Part shown: positions 26,124 to 39,240 of the stretch, one piece after another
How positions within the stretch are numbered: the stretch's first letter is position 1
How the letters are laid out: each line of letters starts with the position of its first letter
NCBI GenBank assembly: GCA_035084275.1
Contig: CM068744.1
Location: 16,120,001-16,184,000, forward strand
Direction of reading: 5' to 3'
Origin: Hydrolagus colliei
Taxonomy: Eukaryota
DNA length: 64,000 nt
The notes under the pieces: model-generated
What the model was told of the DNA's origin: nothing
What the model saw: only the letters and a program-made list of their open reading frames with translations
The model's database searches: none
Translations under genes and position numbers: made by a program

Positions 26124-27699
26124 TATTATGATTTTTTGTTTTAAAAAAATTCTGATTTTAGTGAGGGTCAGATGGTGATGGTGTCATTAATGTCTCACAC
26201 CTGTTAGCTTGCTATGTACATTAAAACGCTATATTACAATGTTGTTTCTTTAAATGCATTTGTCAGTTTAGTAACTCTTTACTGTATGAACACAATCAGG
26301 GGATCAGAGACCAACTGATACCATAGAAACAAAATGTACTGCAAAGCCAGCCAATTCAAAGAGAAAGAATGGTTAATAGTTTGGATATGTGTCCCTCCCT
26401 CAAAATTGACCGTTGTGCATTTTCTGGATACATTACAAATTTCCAGCATTCACCATAGTTTACATTCCCACTTTTAAGATAATATCGTTCTGTGGTAATT
26501 TCAGATTATGTCTATAGAAGGCTTCTGGAAGCAAAGATGGCTTCCTAGTCAAACCCATTAGTTTATTTTTATATAACGATCAAGATTTAGCAATAGTTTC
26601 CACATGTTTATAGAATATAATTTTGAGTACATCAAGATTAGTTTTTCGTCAGAAAATCTTAACTTCAAAAGCATTCAATCTATAGTCTTTCTCATTCACA
26701 CTGATATTTTTAACACAATGTTGACAAACACAGGTTGACAACAAAAAGAGGGTTTTTATTCAGTGAAATCTGTACAAGCCACTACACATACAATATTGAC
26801 TCAGAGAGACTTTAATGTGCTTCATTTTTTCTTTGCATCTATTTTGTCTCCCATTTGTTGCAGAAAGAGACACTATTTATATATGTATATATATATTTGC
26901 TGTGTTTTAATGCTGAGATATTTTCTGAGTTCTTAAAAGTGAATTCAAGCAGCTAGTGGGATGGAAAAAAGTGTGGTGGTTTCGGTCGGGTTATTACTGA
27001 GGGTAATGTGATACTGCCTTCAGTATTAGGCAGTTGTTTTGCCTTAAATGAGATCCATTTCATATTACAGTACTTTACAATCCTTGGTATTGGAAGTGTT
27101 TACAGGCATTCCAATAGAGCATCTGGTTACAACAGCAACAACATAAAAATTACATTTGTGTAGTGACTTTCATGTTGGGAGGACATTCCAAGGTACTGAT
27201 AGCAAACAAATAACAATGAAAATAATCAAAAATGCTACATTTCCCCTTTGGTGGACAGCACTGGGTACTATTTATCAGTGAGCTCAAACCTTTGGGTCAA
27301 ATCCAGAGTGGAAAGTGAATCAATCAATCAAAACTTACATTTATGTAGTGCCTTTCACATCGAGGGAACGTCCCAAGGCGCTGAATATGTTTTATATAGG
27401 TGTGAATCTGGTATGAAATCTACCATGGGTTAAGTTTGGGGTGGGGGTGGTATGTTGGTCAACTGGATTTCTGACATATGAGGAAACCCAATGCATGCTT
27501 AAGAGTATCCAAATCAGATTGTGAGCTCTACATATGCATGTCACCTATGCATAGACATTTCCATTGATCGGACTGGGCGAAGATGCTGTACCCATTCTCT
27601 TTGATGTGCTAGGAGATGTGGTAAGACTCATGGTAACTTTATTCCTTCAATGTCTTCTCCATACTCCATTTCAAAGCAAATCCTCTCTGCTTGCCCTCC

Positions 27700-27900
27700 C
27701 TCTCCTGCTGGATTGACCTCTGTGGCCTCAGGCTAACTATGCAGAGACTCCCGATTGGAAAGTATGTAGTATATGTGTGTGTCGCCATTGGCTAAAAGCA
27801 AGATCGGGTTTAGCTGTGATGCCCTTTATAGTTGGATAATCTGTTTACAGTGGCATGAAGAAAGGTCACTTGATAAGGTGCAGGAGGGTTGCTGCTGGGC
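27700..27900 (+). mobile_element. Ancient SINE-like repeat (AmnSINE2-like by recalled resemblance); diverged copies at about 130-370, 17860-18040, 24830-25040, 29630-29980 (all -)
   Basis: Shared motifs gatcgggtttagctgtgatgccc / catgaagaaaggtcacttg and their reverse complements (cacagcaaagcccaatcct, gcacagacc...). Confidence 0.45.
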
Positions 27901-30900
27901 TAGTGTCTATGGAAACATACTCGAGCAAGTCTCCGTGTTTACAGGGGAGGGAGAGAGAGAAGAGGGGAAAACACTAGCCAAACAGCCCAGGATTATCAAA
28001 TGTTGTTCAAATTGAATAGTTAGAAAATAAAGGATGATACAATGTTGATGTTCTGGAATGAGACATCAGTGGTACTTTTGAGGGGAAAAGCTGCAGAATT
28101 ATCATATTAACAATGTATGGCTAAAGACATTTCAGGACAAAATAATAACCTATTCCTCCTAAGAATTGGAAATGGGATTTTTTTTACATATGTGTATATC
28201 TACAAATGGTCCTCATCTGCAGATAATAATAATAATCCTTGCATTTGATATAGCGCTTTTCACATCATCTAGTTGTTTCAAAGCACTTCACAGATATACT
28301 GTAAAGTGAATTGACTGTATATATGTGGGCAAATGTAAACTAGGGGAAATATTCTCCAGTGCCATTGTTATACATCTGCTGCTCTCTAACTGCACTGATA
28401 CTCACATCTGAATACAGTACATCCATGATCCATGAAAATACATTGATTGCCTATTGACAAACTTGGTGCACACAGTTTCTGTGGCTTATAACAAATAATT
28501 GTACAAAACCTGAGAACGGTGCAAATAATAGTCACAGTGTTTGCTACTGTTATTTTTACAACCAATCAACTCAGTGCTCAGTGCAGTGTTTTCTCAGAAG
28601 CAGTGATCTCCGATTGATGGTTGCGTTTTGCTGTGGTTCATCCTTGATCTGAAAAGAATAGCAGTCACGTGCATTGTTCTTAATGTGGATAAGTAGCAGA
28701 ACATATAGGACTCAGCAGAATAAGGGTCACATAAGCTTAACAATGATAAACATTAATATCAGCACAATGATGATGAGAAGGAAGTTCAGCAGCAGGCTGA
28801 AACCTCTGTTGCTGGTCAGGTAATCCATTCCTCTCTTTAGCAAGGGGCCACAGTTGACTGCAATCTCGAGAGCACCTGGATCTGAATTATATTTCTTTTG
28901 TAGTAACTCGAGGTGACCCCTTGTTCTAGTTTTGTGAAAGGTCTGTATTCCTCATATCATCTTCCCGTCATTCTTTCCACTGAGTTGCCTCACCTCTTCC
29001 CTGCTGTACAATAAAACATTATCAGTTAAATTGGTCATTATATTGGTGTGCTAATCGGCTGCCACATTTGCCTACAAAGTACACAATCAGTACACTTTAT
29101 CATAAATCCTGTGAAATACTTCAGACGTTCATCCAACTTGAAAGGTAGTCTATCAAATGCAAGGATTATTTATTTATTATGTATGGATTCTGCACAAGTA
29201 CAGAGCAAATGCTCTCCCATTTTATTGCCAAGACTCGATGTATTTCAGAGTTATTAACCACTAATAATGAAATGAAATCTATTGTCTTATTACTTTACTA
29301 TTTAAATTGTTATAATATATTCATTTATTGCTTAAAAACAAATCTCTTTGATTGTGCATTCAGTCATTCTCTCTTTGTTCCCACCCCCACCCCCAGCTTG
29401 GATGCCTATCCAGCAATGCCAAGCACTTTGAAACATCCTCTTGACGCGAAAGGCACTACATATGTAAATTGTTTTACATTGTACTTACATTGGTTTATAC
29501 ATTTTATGTTTTGTTTATTATCTTTTATTTTTTGACAATTCTCATCACATAGTTTCTCCCCTGCCCTCCTCCCCTGAGGATGTTTTAATTTATTTTTTCC
29601 TTTGACTCGGAGTATGGATCCATGGGGACTAAACAGCCTTTAACAGTGAGTGTTGGCTACTTGACTGCGGGATATCACAGCAAAGCCCAATCCTATTATC
29701 ACCCAATGTGACATGCACACTTCCTGCTGGTTTTCCAGTGGTGCTTGTTCACAATTTTAAGATAAGCAGTGCACACCAGAACCCTCGTTGCAGATGTGAA
29801 AATCTCGAACCACATTATTAACACAACAAAACCTTTCATTCCTGAAGGCTGATCAGGAGTGCAAACTCTGGGCTGGTTGTCCCCTCCCTTGAGGCTTTCA
29901 GGAAAGTTGTGGTAGCTTTGCTGCCATCCCAGTTGAAGCCAGCAATCTCGGCACAGACCCCGGACTGAACTCGGGTAAAATGCTTTTTAATAGGTTGCCT
30001 GTGCCAGTAAGATTATGAATCAGAAGCCTTGTTTAAATGCTGTCTCAGCTTTGCTTATTGATGTGGAATGTTCTCTCTCTTTCTCTCACTGACTTATTGT
30101 TCCCATCACTAAGCAACATGACTAAAATACTGTATATTGATGCAAAATTAACCCTTCTCTCACGAGAACTTCCATTCTTTTCATAGCTTTCTTTTTCGGG
30201 TTTTTAAAAAAAGAAGCTTCCTGAGGGGGAATGGTTAATGCTTTCCAGACATAATTTCACATGATACCATATAAAGTCATTTGAGAGTCTCCTGCTTGTA
30301 GCCGAATTACATTTAGTCTTCACAAGGAACTATCCAAATACTGCTTATATTATTTTTAAATATGATTGAAGTCACTGACCATTTAAGGTGATACGGATTG
30401 TATTTTTTTGTAACTAGCTAAATAAGAAACATGCCACAATGTACAAAACATTCATTCTTTGCTTTCTTCTGCCAGACGCTATAGTGTAAAATTTCCTGGA
30501 ACTTGTATCATTGCATTTTTATTCTTGTCTCCCTTGAGTATCTGAATGGAATGTGTTCCTGCTGATTGGAAATTCCTACAAATTGTACACATTACAAGTT
30601 TGCAGTGGTGCTTGTTCACAGTTTTAAGTTAAGTAGCACACACCTGAATCCGCTTTCCATGTAAATATGTGAATGTCTTAAACCAGATAATTAACGCAAC
30701 ACAACCTCCCTCATGGTTTGGAGAGTTAGATGGGCTCATTCGTAGTGTTTGGACTAACTAAAAGATCCAGCATCCTGTTCTGATTAGCACTTTCCATGCT
30801 AATCAGAATGGCATGATTAGCATGCCATTCTGTGTGCTGAGCTCTGAAGTTGTATCACTATAAAGGATGATCAGAGGAAACCAACAAGCTGTACTTCTAT

Positions 30901-31862
30901 GGTACCTTTCACCTCCAAGGATATCCCAATGCTTTTGACAAACATAACAACAAAATTACATTTGTTACAATCAAATTGTGTGGGAAAATAGGAGATTTAA
31001 CAATGAACTAAAGAGATGTGAAAAAAGAAAGGAGGTAATACTGGGAGACATTATCCTGTATGTAGCCTCTACATAAATACAAGTTGTTGTTGTACTGCAC
31101 AAAGCACTCTGGGACTCTACCCTGTGCTATACGTATAAATGCAGGTTGAAGTTGTTATTGTGGAAAGGCAAAGTGGCTTTGGGAGTACAGCTCCAAGGAC
31201 AAGAGAGTGATGAATGCTTAAAGATAGATTGGGGTTTGCAGTCCTTCCCTCTGACCTCCAGGTTGAGTGCCCTGTAAGACTCACTGTCTGGACGCACCCA
31301 AGAAACACCTAAACCACAGGTCAGTGAATTCAGGAGAGGACAGGAGGGGAGGTGGGGACATTTTAGGGAAAAATGAAAAGTAAATGAAAGAAACAAGTAA
31401 GAGCACATCTTAGAGAAGTGAATGAAGGTAGCCAAGCAGGCAAGCTGAGCTTTCAGGTATTTTTGCCAAATGATCTGTCACGTTTACAACCAAGGAATGA
31501 GAGAGAGGAGGATTACAATCAACGTATCAACTGACTATAATTCGGGGAGGATGGGAATTAATCGGAGTTAACAGGTGGCTTTTAAAATAACCACGTGGTT
31601 ATTTCATATTGCGAATGTCACCCCATAACTGGCTAAAGGTGGTCGAGCAGCATCACCATTGTGTGGCCACTGGCAAAAGAATTGTTCGTGCAAAGTGGGT
31701 TTGCTCCAGGGAAGCCCTTGCTGCTGGAACATTTTGATGCCATTGTGTTCATTCTGGCATCTCAGATCATTCCTTGTTCACGGATTTCACATGGTGAATA
31801 ATGCAAAGGCTTTCTTCTCAAGAGTTTGGTTAGGGTGGTAAATAGGCCTCTATTTACTACCC

Positions 31863-32012
31863 TCACCAAGAGGGTAGACATTTATTTTGGGGAGGATGGG
31901 TTTGCGCAGTTATGGGAAGAGAGCTGCGGAGTGGGATTGAATTGCTCTTTTCAAAGAGCTGACACAAACTCGATGGGCTGAATGGCCTCCTTTTGTGCCA
32001 TAAGATTCTATG
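31863..32012 (+). mobile_element. CR1 3' end; related fragments at about 3915-4180 and 38900-39125
   Basis: gggagagagctgcggagtgggattgaattgctcttttcaaagagctgacacaaactcgatgggctgaatggcctccttttgtgc, matching the 17185 and 57570 copies. Confidence 0.8.
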
Positions 32013-32979
32013 ATTATATTTTCCTCTTGTCTGGTTATTTTCTTCTTTTGCTCTCTTAGTCTGTCTGCCTCCCAACTCTCTCAGACATCACGTGTGTGTT
32101 AGTGGGCTGGCAGGCAGCCCGTTCCACACCATTACCACAAACACGCTGGGTTTTAGGAGGTTCAGGAGTAATAAATCGCCCTTACGTTGTTGCCATCCCC
32201 GTGTGGAATTGTCTGTACCCTCCATGGTACAGTATGTTGGGGACGCCAGTAGCTTCTAACTTAATCCTTCACTCACAGAGGATTGTATGACATGTTGAGA
32301 GGCTGAGGGCTTACGATTTAATACCTCTTTCTCTTTTAATGTGGCGATGTTCCTGAAATACAATAACTGTTGAGTGATATGGAGATATGATTCCATCATT
32401 GGTGGAGTAAGTATAAGTGGAGCATGCAAAAGGAACAGTATGCTGGTATTGCATCATGTACTTTGCTGGGAGCCGGTCTGCCTGCTCCGCATTCCCGTAT
32501 CAGGATTTTTGATGAAACACTTTATGTGGGAATTTGAACCCACTGTAGAATGCAACTTTGAAAAGCTGTAAACTGAATCCCCTCAAAAACAACCAACATG
32601 TTATGGAATTCAGTGAGAGAACAAAGTCTGTCCACACGGACCTTGCTTTAATAGTACATTGCAGAAACATCAAATCCAGAATTCGATGTGGTGAATTTAG
32701 TCAACTGTTTGAGAAGCATTTTTAAACTTATCTTGCTAATTAACTATTTGTTCTTCCATGTTGCTAAACATCCAAATGAAGTTATGGAAGAATTTGCTAC
32801 AGTATTCTGAATGAGTGGGTATATAATGGATTAGACGAGTAGATGGTTACTTTCCAGAGCTAAACCAATCCGTATGTCATGAACCGATGGAATAAGCATG
32901 AAAACAAGCTATTTGGCCTAAATAAACCATACTGGTGTTTGAACTCCAAATTGAGCTATTTCCCTCTCCGTACCACTTA

Positions 32980-33310
32980 TATAATAATAATAATCATCAT
33001 AATAATCCTTGCATTTTATATAGCGCTTTACACATCTTCTAGACATCTCAAAGAGCTTCACAGAATATATGATACTGTAAAGTGAATTGACTGTATATTT
33101 GTGGACAGAACTTGGCAGCCAATTGCTCATAGCAGTGTCCCACAAACAGTTGTTGATAGAAATAACCAAAGTTTTTTTCTCTGGAGGAATTATTATCAGC
33201 CGTGTGGAGTAAGGAAACTTGTCCAAGGTTTCGCCCTGACCTGCTGGGAATTGAACCCACGTCTCCCACTTGTAAGCGAGTGCTCTAACCACTGAGCCAC
33301 AGGACTCCAC
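32980..33310 (-). mobile_element. tRNA-headed SINE, full length
   Basis: Reverse complement of the 21573 copy, with A/B boxes and (AAT)n tail. Confidence 0.9.
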
Positions 33311-33689
33311 GACTTATGCCTCATCGGAAAGGCCTTACAGGGGGAACATCATGGACATATTTTTGGCATTGGATTGGATACTTTTCCCTTATGTATGCAT
33401 CAAATTCCCCTTAAATGAATTTATAGTGTTACCAACTACTGATTCTAAGAAGGCAGTTTCAAGAATAATTAGAAAGGTGCTGATGAGGGAATCCCATTAT
33501 GAGCCACAAAGGAAACATTGTTAACTGTATCGAGCACTGAGATTTCACCTCAGAGGTGAGTAGCGAAATGCATTGGCTAGCTGGCAGCCCTTATATGTTG
33601 TTAAGCCATCACGAATTTCCAGCCTTAGAAGAAGGAAAGTGAAGGAAGACAATTATTATAATCGTCCAATGAAGTTTCAAATATACTAA

Positions 33690-33900
33690 CTCCAACAACA
33701 ACAACACAATGACATTTGTCTAGCGCCTTTCACATCGGGAGGATGTTCCAAGACGCTGGGCAGACAGTATTTAGGACCCGAGCTGAGGTTAGGGATTGGG
33801 GAGGATGGGAAGAGGTTTGAGTGAAAGCAAGGTCGTAGAGGAAAGCCTTTGAAGTGGGTCTTGAAGAAGGCGAGGGATGAGGCGAGTTCCAAATAGAACT
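33690..33900 (-). mobile_element. L2-clade LINE 3' end
   Basis: (CAA)n tail, gcgcctttcacatcgggaggatgttccaagacgctg, SSLAFFKTH remnant. Confidence 0.8.
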
Positions 33901-35547
33901 CCTCAACTGTGGAATCTGGGGTACATACATTGAATAGTAGGTATTCGCTCTGATATAACTTAATACCAGACTAATACCAGAAGAAACTGGCTCACATTCC
34001 TTAATTCAGGATTCATGTTTGAAATCCATGTGTCCAAGGCCCTGACTTCTGCTTCCCAATAGCAAATGATTCCACTTTTTATGCCAAGCCTTTTGTCATC
34101 TGTATAAAGTATTGTGGAAGTTTTCGAGGTTATTCCTTTACATAGCTGTAGTCGTATTTACGCCAGTGTACAGAATAGAATACATTCTCTCACACTGCAT
34201 TCTTCAAAAATATTGAGCAACATAGTTTGTGCAAACTCACCTTACCTTTAAGAGAATAATACGAGAAACCATGTCCTGCTGGGACAATTAACTGATAGCC
34301 AGCCTAGTGTTTGTTCCAAAGTGGTTTGATGTACAGGGTGAAAATTGCGACCTGTGACATATTAATTGAGGTTTCGTTGAAGATTTTGTCTTTTGGTTGG
34401 TCTGCAGCTGTGAACTTCCACCCACCCCTCCCAACAATGTTTATGGCCAAAGCAGGATCACACTGCATTTTGGACTTGATGCCCGATGGACAATTGTAGT
34501 TTTACACTTCAGTGTGCCATTTTTTATTTAAGCTGCATTCATGAATCATGATATCAATGCTGCAATCCGTGGACTGGTAAGTTTAATGCTCAATGCACAT
34601 CAGCTTTGGCCCAAACAATGCAATGGAGCTGGGGAAAGGGAAGGATTTCACTTGTGCACCAATTTATGTTTCTTGCTCTTGCCAAGGCAGAATTTCCAAT
34701 AATAACTCATGATGTTACTCGGTTGTAACTCCCTTCATTCGTTACCAGCTTGGTTCTTATTCCCTCCCCTATTTGCCTCACCATCGGCAGATGAAGTTTA
34801 AGCCATTCTGCCATTGTTCTCTGGAACTGCCTTTGACTCGCTGCCCCCTCCACTCATTCAAGACCTATCGCAAAACATGCCTTTTTGATCGCACTTTCGG
34901 TCAGCCTTCCTCTCTCCAACTCTCAGCCTGGGTGCTCGGCCAGCAGGGTCAAGTGCTTCGAGAGAAGTTTTGTCATGTTTTGATCTATGATCGTGATCGT
35001 CTTCTGGGTCATAAAGTCGTCACACGATAATTTCCTGTGTGTACTGGCTGTCGCATCACTTCCTGCGGATTGTATCTGTGGCGACATTATCAACTGGACA
35101 TTGCCCATTTTTGTAGTTCAGAATATCCCCCAATATATAAAATGAAATATCTAAATTTGTAATAAATTGAAACCGTGCAAGTCTAAATATGTTTGAAGTT
35201 TAACAACAGCTTGCACTTATATAGCATCCTCCACCCCAGACAGCGTCTCACAGCGTTTAACAGTGGTGGAGACTGACTTTGAGTCGGTGAGGTGGGGGGA
35301 TGTCGGGTGAAATGGCTGTAAGCACAGTCTAATCAATTTGAAGTCAGTAAAATTAGTTGGTGTAACTACAGTATTTATCTCTTATAAAGTTATCAAGTTA
35401 TTGAAATAGTATTTCAAGTCAGGCAAATGCCAAATGTCCCATTCTTTGTACTCACCTTCTCTCACTCTACATGCACATTCTATGCAGTGTGACTGAATTA
35501 TTGAGAGATTATAAAGGAGTAAGCAAAGCAAATGATTGTTGAGGATT

Positions 35548-35553
35548 TTTATT
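35548..35553 (-). terminator. PLN: Candidate PLN polyadenylation signal (AATAAA)
   Basis: tttatt on + = AATAAA on -, about 970 nt after the stop, followed by U-rich tttgctttgctt. The intervening AT-rich 3' UTR has no recognisable repeats. Confidence 0.5.
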
Positions 35554-36522
35554 CCAGCTTTTTGTATAATAGTATTTCAAAACACATGCATTAGAAACAA
35601 TTCTGTGCTTGAGACATTTATATACTTGCAAACTTTATACACCAGTAATTGTTGATACACTTGTGCTTGTGCAAACCATTGTACAACAGCGTGAAAATAT
35701 GTGCAGTACAGTGAATAAATCGGCATTGCAGCATAATGAAATAACATGCAGAAAAAGTGATAGCAAACAGTTATATGACATGAGAGTGCTCTTACTTAAT
35801 ATGTTACCAAAACTTCTCTTCTCTTAAGGAGTAAAAGTTCTGTACTTTATGGTTAACATCTTACACAGTCTTTGTGGTTAACATTTGGAAACATCTGACG
35901 TGAAATAAAACAGATACAATCAATTTACAATCCAAAGTTTAGTCATTTACGTAATAATTCTATCCTCCATTTGACATAGAAAAACAAATCTTCCCTGACT
36001 TTTCATGAAGCTTTAATATGAAGTTATTTTCATAGCTAATATATAGAAAAGGTTTTTGGTGACCATTGACCCACATCACTTACATATAAAGCTTTGTATT
36101 GCGTGAATTACTGTGTACCAGAAGCAAATTAGGGCATTGAAGGAGGATATTGCACTGTGGTTAAGAAACAAAAGTAAATGTAATACAAACAATGTATAAT
36201 ACCTATAATATCAAATCTAAATATTTATGACAGGACAGTACTGTGTGAAATAACAGAACATGCATTCTTTCCTTAAACACTTTGTTCACTCCAAGCTGAG
36301 TGGCTTTAAGTTCTAGGAATATTTTAAGTTCAAAATTGTTACATGTTTAAGCCAAGAGAGAAGAGAGAAAAAACGAAGTTTCGCCTCATTTTTAATAGCT
36401 TAGTTCCTTGTGAGTGAGAGTATCCTGAGGGTGACACATACAAAAGAGCACATCAAGGCTCCACAGATTCGCAGCAGTCCACGAAAGATGAGCTTCTTGC
36501 TCGAAGATACCATCTGGGAATT

Positions 36523-36681
36523 TTACATCAGCAGCACGATGATATACATAAGGAGGAGGCATATTAGAATCAGAGTGAAATTGACAAAGAGCTCTTGCAG
36601 GTTTCGGCGAGCCTGTGGGTTCACTTCAATTGCAGAGGCTCTCCTTATAGCAGAGCGGGTCATTTGCTGAACCTTTTCCAT
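36523..36681 (-). CDS. PLN: Phospholamban, 52-aa SERCA-regulating micropeptide (complete CDS in one exon)
   Basis: [52 protein letters not shown]; same length as and high similarity to recalled vertebrate PLN; RRAS PKA motif; C-terminal TM helix; strong Kozak GTCGCCATGG; TAA at 36523-36525. Confidence 0.98.
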   Translation of the reverse strand: MEKVQQMTRSAIRRASAIEVNPQARRNLQELFVNFTLILICLLLMYIIVLLM

Positions 36682-36774
36682 GGCGACACAGGTACAGGTT
36701 GTGAGGAGGTACGAGGACAAGTGTCAGAGGTCGAGTAGCTGTAGGTATTTTTGGGGGGTCTCTGACTAGAGGAT
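36682..36774 (-). other. PLN: Candidate 5' UTR part of PLN coding exon, with splice acceptor at 36775-36776
   Basis: Minus strand reads tttcctctacctgcttcactAG|atcctc: a pyrimidine tract plus AG 93 nt upstream of the ATG, as expected for the two-exon PLN structure. Confidence 0.6.
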
Positions 36775-37451
36775 CTAGTGAAGCAGGTAGAGGAAATGTA
36801 CAACAATGATCAAACAGGAAAACAGCTCTAGGTGCTGTGCTCAATTACTGCACAGATCAATACTGTGTTAGGAGCACTTTTCATAATTTATTATGGTTGT
36901 TTAAATAGAATTAGGACACAATTTGGACATGCGCATATGTTGATGGTTGCAACATATCAGATTACTTGCGATACAAACGGCAAACTGTGCGTGCTGGAAA
37001 TCTGACAGAAAAATGCAAAAATGCAAATGCACAGCAGATCAATCAGCATCTGTAAGGGAACGACAGGTCAACGCTTTGCACAGGATTCTTAATCGGAATT
37101 GGAAAACCATTCACACTATCATTACCGTACACGTCATAAACACCTAGCAAAAGGATTGCTAGTGTTAGTGATTGGCAATAACCCCCAATGACTTCATTTA
37201 CCTTGACAGTGCATACATGCTCCTCTGCTACAATCAAGAATCTTATTTTTCATCATTCTGATATTTCCAGGCTGCTTATCCATTGCCTCCTTTTAGCTAT
37301 TTTCAATGGGCTTTGAAAACACATTTTCAGTATGATCAAAACATTTTTTTCTTGTTGCTGAGGGTTTTTGATCTCTGTGCAGCCCTGCATAAAGACTCCC
37401 AAGTTTCTAAATGAAAGTAAAATCTCCACTCTGTCAATGTTCCCTGTCCCC

Positions 37452-37715
37452 ATCCTATCTCAGTGGTTAGACCATTCAATTTACAAGCGAGAGACCTGGG
37501 TTCAATTACAGGCAGAGCGAAACCTTAGGCAAGTTTCCTTACTCCACATGCCTGACAATAATCCATAAAAAAAGGTAAAATTGGTCATTTCAATTCACGA
37601 CTGTTGGTGGGACACTGCTGTGTGCAATTGGCTGCCACAATTCATCCAGAAATAGTCAATTCACTGGAAGACGTGATAAGGCGATATCAAATGCAAAGAT
37701 TATTATTATTATTAT
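37452..37715 (+). mobile_element. tRNA-headed SINE
   Basis: ctcagtggttagacc...ccttaggcaagtttccttactccac...(ATT)n tail. Confidence 0.85.
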
Positions 37716-37739
37716 CCATCGTACTATCCAGTAGTACCA

Positions 37740-37831
37740 GCGCCTTGGGACGTCCTCCCGACATGAAAGGCGCTCTATAAATGTACTTTTAGTGATATAT
37801 TATTGTTTGTATAAATGTTGTTGTTGTTGTT
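37740..37831 (+). repeat. Isolated short (about 60-90 bp) L2 terminal tail; similar copies at about 500-560, 7035-7100, 10685-10747, 11530-11590, 16850-16915, 27130-27200, 27330-27385, 38750-38807, 39770-39830, 56600-56657
   Basis: gcgccttgggacgtcctcccgacatgaaaggcgctctataaatg...(TTG)n repeated across the window in both orientations. Confidence 0.85.
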
Positions 37832-39176
37832 TCTGAGTGTGAGGCAGTTTAGTCCAAATGGCAAACATTCTTCAGATACAGACAAAGCTGACATGCTAGT
37901 GTGCAAGTTTGGAAAGAGCCCCCACCGCAGTCTTACTCTGTGCTACATTTTCTCTTCTTCCTACAGATGAGTTATTTGAGACTGACAAAGATCAAATGTC
38001 ATAGCCTGTAAGGTTGCTTAATCTTAAAAGTTAGAATTGTGCTTAAATTTAATCTTAATTTGCAATCTATTTTCCCACAGTTCTTTTGAAGAACTGGCTT
38101 CCAAATTAATACTGAGTGCCCACATTACCACACAGTCTTATATGTTACAAAAACAACAACAAACTTCCATTTGTATAGCGTCTTTCACGTCGGGAGGACA
38201 TCATGGGGTGGTCTTATGTGCAATTCCAGGCCCTTACCCATTGATGAGTCACACAATTAACGTAGCATCCTGTGGAACTAGGAGCTAAACATTACTATAT
38301 TTTGAAAAGCTCCTGCCTTTCTGACACTTGTTTCAAAGCTATTTCAGTTTAGGGAGTAAGTGATCAAGGTCAGCACCATGTGCTCTGAAATCGTTCTGAA
38401 CTCTTGAGTTCTGGTTCTATAATTGGCAGGAACCCCTGGGTGAAGGTGAAAGGGTGAAAGCACATTATTGCATTCAGTCCGGCTGCCAAAGTGTAAATAG
38501 ATTTAAAACAAATCATGGTGGGAGGTCCACAGTTGGTGAGTGGAGGGATATCTTTAGCTCTTACCTATATGTGAAACTGTGGGACAGTGCAACTTTACAT
38601 ACTAAATGCAGAACCATTATACATACTCAGACCTCATTGTCCATTGTCCTTGACTGGCGCAATCTCACTGAACTGTCCTAAATGAAGCTCACTGTTTCTC
38701 ATTTGAACATTGAATAGTTTGTTTGGTTATAACATTGACCTACCTTTAACAGCACCTTTGGACATCCTCCTGACATGAAAGACGCTATAATGTAATTTTG
38801 CTGTTGTTTATGGCTTAGATTTAAATCCAGGGCTGACTGGTGAGATAAAATTTGCCTTTGTGATGGATTATATGTACAGTATATATCTATATGGGATTTT
38901 GATATCCAGGCCTTCTTATTTAGAGGTAATTTCAGGATAGATGCCGGGAAGGTTTTCTTTACTGGAACAGATTGCAGGAAAATATGTTTGAGGTCAGGTC
39001 ACTGGATTTGATTATGAAAACAGTTGGGTGCTGTGATTGGAAAACAATGGGCTGGGTATTCTAGAGGGATGAGGTCAGATGGGCCAGAGGGACTTCATCA
39101 TCCAATCCAATCTTGTGATCTTATGACAGATAAGTTCTGCTATGGGAAATGGAAATGACCAACTACAGTATTACAG

Positions 39177-39240
39177 TGGGTGGTGGTTGGGGGCTGGTTG
39201 GTGGTTGGGGGCTGGGTGGTGGTTGGGGGCTGGGTGGGGA
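39177..39240 (+). repeat. G-rich minisatellite, 18-bp unit TGGGTGGTGGTTGGGGGC x about 3.5
   Basis: Direct reading of the tandem units. Confidence 0.9.

Noticed and set aside
36410-36670. 86-aa + strand ORF antisense to PLN
   Set aside because: Non-ATG start, no recognisable homology; shadow of the PLN CDS.
36682-36720. 13-codon N-terminal extension of PLN in the ORF track ([13 protein letters not shown])
   Set aside because: It starts at TTG. The true ATG at 36681 has a strong Kozak context and gives the canonical 52 aa.
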